Shown in pieces: positions 51,359-64,000 of a DNA stretch of 64,000 nucleotides. Numbering within the stretch: position 1 is the first letter of the stretch; every line of letters begins with the position of its first letter. Below the pieces are notes generated by a model, which saw nothing but the letters and a program-made list of their open reading frames with translations, was not told where the DNA came from and searched no databases. A program made the translations under genes and the position numbers. The DNA is from the human T2T-CHM13v2.0 reference genome, Homo sapiens. The stretch is taken from assembly GCF_009914755.1 (NCBI RefSeq), contig NC_060931.1. One strand, given 5' to 3'.

Positions 51359-51991
51359 ACTGTGCTGTTTTTGTTATAATAGCTCTGTAGTATAATTTGA
51401 AGTCATGCAATGTGATTCCTCCAGTTTTGTTGTTTTCACTCAGAATGTCTGACTATTCTTGGTCTTTTGTGGTTCCAAATAAATTAAATTCTAGGATTAT
51501 TTTTTCTATTTCTCTGAAGAATGTCATTGGCATTTTGATAGTGCTACATTGAATCTGTAGATTGCTTTGGGTAGTATGCACGTTTTAACAATATTAATTC
51601 TTTGCATCAGTGTTTTGTAGTTTTCATTGTGGAGACATTTCATTTGCATGATTAAGTTTATTCCTAGGTATCTTATTTTATCTGCAGCTATTGTAAATGG
51701 GATTACTTTCTTGATTTCTCTTTCAGATTGTTCACTGTTGGCATATAGAAATGCTACTGATTTTTTTATGTTGATTGCATTCTGCAACTTGACTGAATTT
51801 GTTCATCAGTTGTAATAGATTTTTGGTGCAGTCTTTAGGTTTTTCCAAGTAAAAGATCATATCATCTGTAAACAAGGATAATTGGACTTCTTCCTTTCCA
51901 ATTTGGATACCTTGTATTTCCTTCTCTTGTCTGATTGCCCTAGCTAGGACTTCCATTGCCGTGTTGAATAACATTGGTGAAAGTGGGCAGT

Positions 51992-52590
<599 letters not shown>

Positions 52591-53528
52591 AAAAGTGATC
52601 TGTTTTCTTCCCAGAATGTGGGGGCTTTGGGGGGAAAAAAACAAAATGGTCATCCTTGTTGTGTTTTAGATCTTTGAGGAAAGTCTTTCAGCTTTTCCCT
52701 AATCAGTTTGATACCAGCAATGCATCCATCATATATGGCTTTTATTGTGTTGAGGTATGTTCCTTCTATACCCAGTTTTTTTAGTGTTTTTATTATGAAG
52801 GGATGTTGATTGATTTTGTCCTTCATTTTGTTGATATGATGTATGACATTGATTCATTTGCATATGTTGAACCATCATGCATCCATAGATAAATCCTACT
52901 TGGTCATGATGAATGATCTTTTTAATGTGTTATTGTATTCGGTTTGCTATTGTGTTGAGGATTTTTGTCTTTATCAGGGATACTGGCCCATAGTTTTCTT
53001 TTTTTGATATGTCTTTGTCTGGTTTGGGTATCAGAGTAATACTGGCCTCATAAAATGAATTTGAAAGTATTCCCTCTTTTTCTACTTTTCAGAATAGTTT
53101 GAGAAGGATTGGTATTAGTTCTTTAAATGTTTGGTAAAGTATAGCAGTGAAGCCATTGGGTCCTGGGCTTTTATTTGCTGGGAGACTTTTTATTACAGCT
53201 TTGATCTCATTACTTATTATTGGTCTGTTCAGATTTTGGATTTCTTCATGGTGCAGTTTTGGTAGCTTGTCTGTGTTTAGGAATTTGTCCATTTCTTCTA
53301 GGTTTTCCAATTTATTGGCATATAGTTGCTCATAGCAGTCTCTAATAATCCTTTGAATTTCTGTAGAGTCCATTATAATATGTCCGTTTTCATCTCTAAT
53401 TATATTTATTTGTGTCTTCTTTTTTTCTTAGTGTGGCTAAAGGTTTGTTGATTATTTTTTCAAAAAACAAACTTATTTCATTGATCTTTTGTATTTTTTG
53501 GTTTCGATTTCATTTATTTCTGCTCTGA

Positions 53529-54272
53529 TTTTTTTTTTTTTTTTTGGAGACAGATCTCACTGTGTTATGCAGGCTGGTCTTGAACTACTGAGCTCAAGTG
53601 ATCTGGCTGCCTTGGCCTCCCAAAGTGCTGGGATTACTGCTCTGAACTTTTATTATTTATTTTCTTCTACTACTGATTCTGGGTTTGATTTGCTTTTATT
53701 TTCTAGTTATTTACGATGCACTGTTAGGTTGTTTGAGTTTTTCAACTTTTTTGATATAGGGGCTGATTGGATTAAAGAGGATTAAACTTTCCTCTTAGTA
53801 CTGCTTTCACTGTATCTCATAAGTTTTAGTATGTTGTATTTCTATTTTATTTGTTTCAATAATTTTTTAAATTTTCTTCTTCATTTCTTCATTGATTCAC
53901 TGGTAATTCAGGAGCATATTGTTTAATTTCCATGTGTTTGTGTAGTTTCCAAAGGTTTTTTTGTGTGTGTGTGTGAGATAGCCTTGCTTTGTTGCCCAGG
54001 CTGCAGTGCAGTGGCACAATCATAACTCACTGCAGCCTTGAATTCCTGGGCTCAAGCAATCCTCCTGCCTCAGCCTCTTGAGTAGCTGGGACCACAGGCA
54101 TGTGCCACCCACCTGGCTAATTTTTTAAAGTTATTTTTGACTGGGCATGGTGGCTCCCGCCTGTATTCCCAGCACTTTCGGAGGCTGAGGCAGGCAGATC
54201 ACTTGAGGTCAGGAGTTTAAGACCAGCCTGGCCAACATGGTGAAACCCCATCTCTACTAAAAATAGAAAAAT
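53529..54272. mobile_element. Alu fragments: 53529-53640(-), 53970-54125(-), 54141-54272(+)
   Basis: Partial arms within the L1. Confidence 0.8.
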
Positions 54273-55276
54273 TAGATTTCTTGCTTTTTATTTTTTGTGT
54301 ATCTGTTGTAGGTTTTTTGATTTGAGGTTATCATGAGGCTTGTGAGTAACATCTCATAACCCATTGTTTTAAACTGATGACAACTTAATACCGATTGCAA
54401 AAACTAACAAGCAAATGCCCCTTGCTTTTTAACTTTTTGTTGTTTCTATTTATATCTTTTTATACTGTCTTTATCTTAAAAAGTTGTTGTAGTTGTTAGT
54501 TTTAATACGTTCATCTTTTAGTCTTTCTACTCAATATGTGAGTGGTTTATATATCACAAATACAGTGTTACAATATTCTGTGTTTGTCTGTGTACTTAAC
54601 TATTACCAGTGTGTTTTGTACCTTCAGATGTTTCTTATTGCTTTTTAACCTCCTTTCAGATTGAAGAACTCCCTTTAGCATTTCTTGAAGGACAGATCTG
54701 GTGTTGATGAAATCTCTCACCTTTTGTTTGTCTAGGAAAGTATTTTTCCTTCATGTTTGAAAGATATTTTTCCTGGATATACTATTAAAGGATAAAAGTT
54801 TTTTTCCGTCAGCACTTTAAATATGTCATGCCACTCTCTCCTGGCCTGTAAGGTTTCCACTGAGAAGTCTGCTGCCAGATGTATTGGAGCTCCATTGCAT
54901 GTTGTTTCTTTTCTTTTGCCAGTTTTAGGCTCCTTTCTTTATTCTTGACCTTCAGGAGTTTGATTATTAAATGCCTTGAGGTAGTCTTCTTTGGGTTACA
55001 TCTGCTTGTTGTTCTACGACCTTCTTATACTTGAATATTGATATCTTTCTCTAGATTTGTTATTATCTCTTTGAGTAAACTTTTTACCCCAATATCTCTC
55101 TCTCTGCCTCCTTTTTAAAGTCAGTAACTCTTAGATTTGCCTTTTTGAGGGTATTTTCTAGATCTTATAGCCATGCTTCATTCTTTTTTATTCTTTTTTC
55201 TTTTGTCTCTTCTGACTGTATTTTCAAATAGTGTGCTCACTAATTCTTTTTTCTGCTTGATCAGTTCTGCTGTTGA

Positions 55277-55630
<354 letters not shown>

Positions 55631-56224
55631 TAGATTTTTTTTTCTCTCTCTCTCTTTCTTTTTTTTAAAGTCAACCAGTATATCTTGAAGCCCCAGAATT
55701 TGATTAACATTTTAAAATTATTTCAATCTTATTGTTAAATTTTTCTAATAGGATTCCAAATTCCTTCTCTCTTTTATCTTGAATTTCATTGAGCTTCCTC
55801 AAAATAGCTATTTTGAATTATCTGTCTTCATGGTCTCATACCTTTGTTACTCGGGAATTGGTCACTGGTGCCTTATTTAGTTCATTTGGTGAGGTCATGT
55901 TTTCCTGGATGGTCTTGATGTTTGTGGGTGTTCATTGATGTTTGGACATTGAAGAGTTAGGTATTTATTGTATTCTTTGTATCCTGGGTTTGTTTGTACC
56001 TATCCTTCTTGGGAAGGATTTCCAAGTATTCAAAGGGAATTTAGTTTTGTGATCTAAATCTTTGGTCACTGCAGCCATGTCTGCATCAGGGGGCAACCCA
56101 AGCTTGGTAATGCTGTGACTCTTGCAAACTTGTGCAGGTACTGCTTTGGTTGTCTTCAGTAAGAACTGGGAAGACTCCCTGGATTGTCAGGGAGAGTCTC
56201 TTCCTTTCCTTTAGTTTTCACCAA

Positions 56225-57350
<1,126 letters not shown>

Positions 57351-58025
57351 GAGCTGCACTCCCTGGAGTTGGAGAAGGAGTGGTGCAAGCATTCTCTTGG
57401 CTGCCCCAGCTGCTATCTCACTGGGTTGCATGCACGCCAAGTCCACTGGCTCTGAGCCCAGCACAGTACCAGGACTTGCCTAAGAATTGCAGTCCTTGTG
57501 GCCTAGAGTGCCTTTCAAGTTTATTTAGGGCCACAGAAGGCGGTAACCTGTGGTGGTAGGGCTAGCCGGAACGCAGTTTCTGACTGCTTGGCTGGATGAT
57601 ACCCCTCTGCCTAGGACTGGTCTAAATGCTCCCTCCAGGGGCACCAGCTGAATTCTGCCCCATGTTGCTTTCCACTGTGACAGGGCAGCACCGAGTTCCA
57701 ATGCAAAGTCTCATAATCACTACACTTTCTGTCCCCCAAGCACGTTGATATACTCTGTCCACACCACGTGGCTGCTGCTGGGAATGTGGGAGGGGTGGTG
57801 TTGACAATTCAAGACTGTCTTTCCTACCCTTTTCAGTGTGTCTTTCCTTGATAAGGGTTAAAACAAAGTACTTTGTTTACTCACCTGATTTTTGGTTTTT
57901 ATAGAGGTGCTTTCTTGTGTAGTTTGTTCAATTTGGTGTTTCTTCTGGTAGCATGATTGCTAGAGGTTTGTATTTGACCATCTTGCTCCAATAACCTAAA
58001 TATGATTTCTTGAAAGTTTTTTTTA

Positions 58026-58155
58026 CCAGGTGTGATGTTGCACACCTATAGTGTGCACACCCAGCTACTTACAAAGCTGAGGCATTGATTGAGTCCAACA
58101 TTTTGAGTCCAGGTTGGGCAGCATAACAAGACCCTCATCTCTAAAAAATAAAAAT
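58026..58155 (+). mobile_element. Alu monomer (FAM/FLAM-like)
   Basis: ccaggtgtgatgttgcacacc..ccaggttgggcagcataacaagaccc + A tail. Confidence 0.7.
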
Positions 58156-58197
58156 AAATGTTTAAGTGGTTTATAAATTGTCAATAAATATGAAGTA

Positions 58198-58845
58198 CAG
58201 TCAGCCCTCCAGGTCTGTGGGCTCCACATCTGTGGATTCAAGCAACTGTGAATCAAAAATAAATTTTTAAAAATTTTTACTTATTTATTTATTTATTTTT
58301 AGAGACAGTGCCTTGCTCTGTCTCCCAGGCTAGAGTACAGTGGTGTGCTCGTATCTCACTGTAACCTAGAACTTCTGGACTCAAATGATCCTCCCACATC
58401 AGCCTCCCAAGTAGCTGGGACTACAGGCACGCACCACCACACCCAGATCATTTTTTAATTTTTTGTAAAGATGGGGTCTTGCTATATTCCCCAGGCTGGT
58501 CTTGAACTCCTAGGCTCGAAGTCCTGGGATTACAGGTGTGAGCTACCATACCTGGCTTAAAAGTATTTTTTAAAAATGGGTGGTTTTGTTTGTACTGAGC
58601 ATGTGCAGACTTTTTTTTCCTTGCCGTTATTCCCTAAACAATACAGTATAACAACTATTTACAGAACAGTTATAATGTATTAGGTATTATAAATAATCTA
58701 GAGATTATATAAAGTATATGAGAGGATGTGCATATGTTATATGCACATATTACACCATCTTCTATAAGGGACTTGAGCATTCATGGATTTTGATATCTGC
58801 AAGTGTTCCTGGCACTAATCCCCCACAGATACTGAGGGATGACTG
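58198..58845 (-). mobile_element. MER2 Tigger MITE with an inserted AluJ (58275-58557)
   Basis: TA|cagtcagccctcc..gtggattcaagcaac … gatactgagggatgactg|TA. Confidence 0.85.
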
Positions 58846-58949
58846 TATCACTCTTAAAAATAATAATAGTAATTATCTTATGACTTGCAATATAACAGAT
58901 GACAAATTAGAGTATCTTTCAGTACTTAAGAATATCTCTAATGACCATG

Positions 58950-59417
58950 TTTTTGCTACTAATACTCTTCCTTTGATCTGGCCAAACTGGTGGGTATGTG
59001 GTTAAGGCAAGGCCAGAGATGGTTCTTCATCCCCTTGGCCACAGTGATCAGTCCAGGTATGCGCAGTGACCTAAGCTGTCCTTTCATAAACTTTTCAAAA
59101 ATTAGAGCTGATAGGAAAGACTCTTGCTTCTTTCATGGGGGAGTTAACAAGGATGAAAGTCTGGAGCTACCTCTAGATGTGTTACTGTATTGGAGAAAGT
59201 TGTGGAAAGAAGGAGGAAATGAGATAGCCCCAGAGGTCATGAATAGGAAAAAGAGACAACCACAGGCCATCATGGTACTCTGGTCTTTGGATTCTCTCTA
59301 CCCTGAGATTAGCTTTGCCCCAAGCTTTGAGTAGTTCAGCCATTATCCGCTAAGGAATTCTCCCTTTGTTGAAGCTAGTTTGAATTGGATTTTTTTTAAG
59401 AGCCCTGACTAAAACAT
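58950..59417 (+). mobile_element. LTR16-like ERVL LTR
   Basis: ccccttggccacagtgatcagtccagg..agctagtttgaattgga..gagccctgactaaaaca. Confidence 0.5.
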
Positions 59418-60780
59418 GGAAGGAGTATGTATATACAAACACGTATTAATTTTTAAAGAAGTAACAGTATATATTCAGAAAATCACATGAAATATAAATC
59501 AGCCTGATGAATTTTTACCAGCTGAACACCTGTGTAAAATATGGCTCAGATCAAAAACCTTCCGTCACAACCATCTGATGGTAACCACCATATGAGGCAG
59601 TGTATCTTAGTAGTTAACAAGAACACAGGTTTTGGGTTTTAGAAAGCAGAGATTTGAATCCTTGTTCTTGAGAGTCTGTATAACTTTGGATAAGTTGCCT
59701 AATTTCTCTGAATTCCACTTTGTTCATGTATATAAAGGGATAACACTGTCTTTTATATTTATTTAAGGATTAATTATTGTTACATGGGTCAGCTGTCAAC
59801 CCAGAGTTATTGCTTTATATTCCTTAAACTTATCAGAGTACTTTATTTCATGGATTAAAAAAATTCTCATGAGGCTTAAAATTTCTTGTAAATGAAAAAT
59901 CTGAAATACTAGACTTCTAATATCCAAAGGTAGAAAAGTGGGTATTTAGTTGGTGTTTGTTGTCTAACATGCATACAGCAAAATCATGATTAAATAGCAC
60001 TTATAAACCTCAATTTTGCTTGCTTCAGTCACTGATCATGTTTTCCATCTCTTCCTCTTTAATGTCACTTACTTGCCAAAAATAAGACTTATCCTAGCAG
60101 AAATAGATAGGTTAGTTTAGTTGCTGTAACATTTGCCTTTTCACTTAGGATTTTTCTTCCCTATTTTGGTTATGAAGTTCTTAATTTTCCTCCTACACAC
60201 TGTCTCCAGTTTGGGTATCTGTAGCCTAAATAATTTGGGTTTTAGTTTTATTTGTTTACAAGGAAAAAAGAAACTATACTATGTGATAGTTGAGGGTTTG
60301 ACTTTAGAGGTTATCTAGTTCCTGTTAAACTTTTTGCTTTATAGGCAAGAAATCGGACACCCTTAGAAGTTAATAACTTGATCATGAATTAGTGATTAAA
60401 ACCAAAACTAAGGTCTGCTGACTTTTAGGCCACTGGTCTTCCTGTCCTAAAGTTTCTTTGAGAAACAGACCGAAGAGACTTTGATGTAACTCATTTGTTT
60501 AATTTGAGAGGTTTTTTTTGTTTGTTTGTTTGTTTTTAGGTGACCTCTGATGTCTCTGTCTTTGGAGAAGTATACACTTTTTTTTTTTTTTTTAAAGATA
60601 GGGTTAGTATTACAGATACATATGTGTTGATTTAACAATGACAGGAATGATGATGATGTTAGAGTACCACCATACATTTAAATAGCATTTTTCCCAAGAG
60701 TGCTTCTGTATATAGTCTCATGGTTTAATTTATTGTGATAATGAAATAAATTAACTCAGTGGTTATAACAAGATATAAGA

Positions 60781-61212
60781 AGTTATATTGGTTTTCTATG
60801 TCTTTCATAACAAATGACCACAAACTGGGTGACTTAAAACAATAGAAGTTTATTTTTTTCACCATTCATGAGTCCAGAAGTCCAAAATCAAGGTGTCAGC
60901 AAGGATGGGTTCCTTCTGGAGAGAGAGTGTGAGGGAAAAACTGTTCTCTGCTTTCTCCTAACTTCTAGTGAACAATCCTTGTTGTTCCCTGGCCTGTAGA
61001 TTCATCATTCCAATCTTCACCTCAATCTTCACATTGCCTTCTTCTCACTCTTTCTGTGTTCTCTCCTTTTCTTATGAGGACAGTAGTCATTGGATTTAAG
61101 TCTCATCTAAGTTAAGATCTTATCTTGAGATCCTTAACTAATTACATCTGCAAAGACCTTATTTCCAAATAAGGAACTATTCTGAGGTTCCGGTGCATGT
61201 GAATATTTGTGG
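60781..61212 (-). mobile_element. MLT1A/B/C-type MaLR LTR
   Basis: ataacaaatgaccacaaactgggtgacttaaaacaatagaag..ccagaagtccaaaatcaaggtgtc..attacatctgcaaagacc..gggacactattcaacctactac. Confidence 0.85.
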
Positions 61213-61474
61213 GACACTATTCAACCTACTACTGAAGGATAACTGAAGTATATTTACTGGTTTTAATGGATTTCGTGTGGAGATGTGTGGCTTTATTTCC
61301 ATCTGTGTAGCTGTATCGTAGACCACCAGTGAAGAACTGAGTAAGAGAAGGTCAGGATCCCAAATATTTTCTTCATGTTCTTAAAAGTTACGATTGTCGA
61401 ACACCTAGGTCCTCTTTTTTTAAAAAAAATTTTTCATTCCTTAAAGATACCTTGCAAAACAGGAAGTGAGAATT

Positions 61475-61800
61475 TCTTTTCTTTCTTTCTTCTTTTTTTT
61501 TTTTTTTTGAAGCAGGGTCTCTCTGTGTTACCTGTGTTGGAGTACAGTGGCACAATCACAGCTTACTGCAGCCGCAACCTCCCAGGCCTAAGCGATCTTC
61601 CCGCCTCAGCCTCTGGAGTAGCTGAGGCTATGACTATAGGCATGCACTAACACACCTGGCTAATTTTTTTATTTTAATTTACAATGAGACCCTGTCTCAC
61701 TGTGTTGCTCAGGCTGGCCTTGAACTCTTGGGCTGAAGCAATCCTCCTGCTTTGGCCTCCCAAAGTGCTGGAATTACAAGTGTGAGCCACCATGCCTGGT
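61475..61800 (-). mobile_element. AluJ
   Basis: Antisense dimer. Confidence 0.88.
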
Positions 61801-62394
61801 ACCTAGCTCCTCTTATATGAAGTGTTAAGGAATACGTTTATGCAAAATTAAGCACAATTTTCTGCTTTCAGTTCTTATTAAATAGATATTTGGGTTGTTT
61901 AACCTAACAGTTATGAGGTTTCCTTTCTTACTTATTATAAATAATAATAACATTCTTTCACTTTTAAAAAACTGCATGTAAGTTAAACCAGAGTGTATAT
62001 TTCTCAATGTCCTAATCTTGGAGGATTGTCAAACCTACTTTGTGATAAATTATTGATTGTCTCTTAAAATGCTGATTGTCTCTATTGGGACCAAAAAACA
62101 TTGAATATAAAAGTTTACATTTAGATGTGTATAAAATATTAATCTGTTGTTTTTGTTATAAAATTGGAGCAGTTGAGTCGACATGTGCAGTTTAAAAAAT
62201 TTATACTCTTATTGAAATCAAATGTATGAGAATATTATTTTTTCTATAACTGCTACAGGCTACCGAAAAGCCATTCCTGTCTTTGAGGCTACAGGATTTT
62301 GTATTTGGGGCTAATTATACACAACAATTTAAAGTGATTATGTACTAGAGGACATATTTGGCTGTCCTAGGTTAGCTGGTTTTATTTTTATTCA

Positions 62395-62555
62395 GCAACT
62401 TTGGGTGAGTTTCTTAACTTTCCTAAGCCTTGGTTTCTTTATCTGTAATATTGAGATAAGAATCCTTTTAAAATTGCTGTGATGATTAAATGACACAACA
62501 TATATAAACACCAAGTACAGTGCTTGGTGTATAGTAGGTATTCAATAAATACTGC
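62395..62555 (+). mobile_element. MIR
   Basis: ttgggtgagtttcttaactttcctaagccttggtttctttatctgtaa..gtgcttggtgtatagtaggtattcaataaat. Confidence 0.7.
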
Positions 62556-62647
62556 TATAGCACTTCCTCTCCCTTCTGTTCACTTTTGCTAAATATAGAC
62601 TGTTGTTATTAATCAAATGTTAAATTAAAGGTTTTTGTTAATTGCTC

Positions 62648-62930
62648 TTTTTTTTTGAGGCAGGCTCTCACTCTGTTACCCAGGCTGGAGTGCAGTGGCA
62701 CAATCACGGTTCACTGCAGCCTTGACCTCCTCGGCTCAAGCAATCCTCCCACCCCAGCCTCCCATATAGGGACGTGCCATCATGCCCTGTTAATTTTTTG
62801 TTTTGTGTATTGTAGTGATGGGGTCTCACTCTGCTGCCCAGGCTGGTCTCGAACTCCTGGGCTCACGTTATCCTCCCACCTCGGCCTCCCAAATTGTTAG
62901 GATTACAGTCATGAGCCACCTTACCTGGCC
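62648..62930 (-). mobile_element. AluJ
   Basis: Antisense dimer, TSD ttaattgYtct. Confidence 0.9.
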
Positions 62931-63567
62931 TTAATTGTTCTCTTAAATTGGACATTTCTATATCAGTTAAAATGGAAAAACACCATTAGAAGTGGTCAGT
63001 TTTCCTTTGTATTTTTGAAAATTATGTACTTACATTTAATTGCTCTCTCCCTTATTCTTTAATTTCTTTTTTTATTTTTATTTATTTATTTTTATTGTTT
63101 GCTTTAATTTCTAACACAATTTTTTCCTTAGGGTGTGTCATTCTTTATCTGGGATCCTTTGAAGTACTTTGTTTTCATGGTAAAGAGGGGTGTTTTAGGA
63201 AGGAACAAAACAAATGATGCATTAAAAAGTGGATAGAATAGATAGCTATAAAGGCAGATATAGTTTCAGTTATATCTTACACTTAATTCTACATGGTAAT
63301 TTTGAGGAATGCACTATCCTACGTGGTGAATTTTCTGGGTATTTTTTTTTAAATGATCAAATTTTCTTTTACTTTTGACTCTTTCCTTTAACACTGCAAA
63401 TAGAGTAGAAATGACCATTTTCTAATATTTTCCTGATTTGTGGTGGTTATTGTCTATTATGACTTTGGTTATAATACATTGTGATAGATCTGTCCTTTAT
63501 TGTGAGTTCTCAGTTTAGCCTTATCTTGATTTGTTGTTTAATCAGTTTGCAGAATTGTAGGTAAATA

Positions 63568-64000
<433 letters not shown>

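Noticed and set aside
62163-62171. attggagca resembling the start of the next PHTF2 exon (IGA..)
   Set aside because: No preceding AG and it does not continue as YDQQIW; that exon appears to lie beyond the window

Overview
Primate (almost certainly human) genomic DNA. It starts in a CpG-island bidirectional promoter. A minus-strand first exon (donor at 181/180) is most likely TMEM60 exon 1, and a plus-strand non-coding first exon (donor at 898/899) belongs to PHTF2. The rest is PHTF2 intron sequence. It holds the first coding exon (42143-42222; MASKVTDAIVWYQKK) and an in-frame 102-nt cassette exon (56661-56762; [34 protein letters not shown]). That cassette lies inside the 5' monomer array of an antisense, TSD-flanked, near-full-length old L1, so it is exonised LINE-1 sequence. 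The introns are dominated by interspersed repeats: about 44 Alu copies or fragments, two large antisense L1M/L1MA elements, a near-complete Charlie3/MER1 hAT transposon nested in a MER44 Tigger MITE, several other Tigger/hAT MITEs, MaLR/ERVL LTRs, MIR and L2. Nearly all ORFs in the supplied track are repeat-derived noise. I see no prokaryotic-type system (no CRISPR, operon or intact transposase/RT). The best leads are the L1-born coding cassette, uORFs on both divergent transcripts, a 63-bp templated copy of Charlie3 inside a nearby Alu, and a diverged ~190-bp direct repeat bracketing the start-codon exon. Gene names and repeat subfamilies come from recall, not a search, and repeat boundaries are approximate unless a TSD is given.
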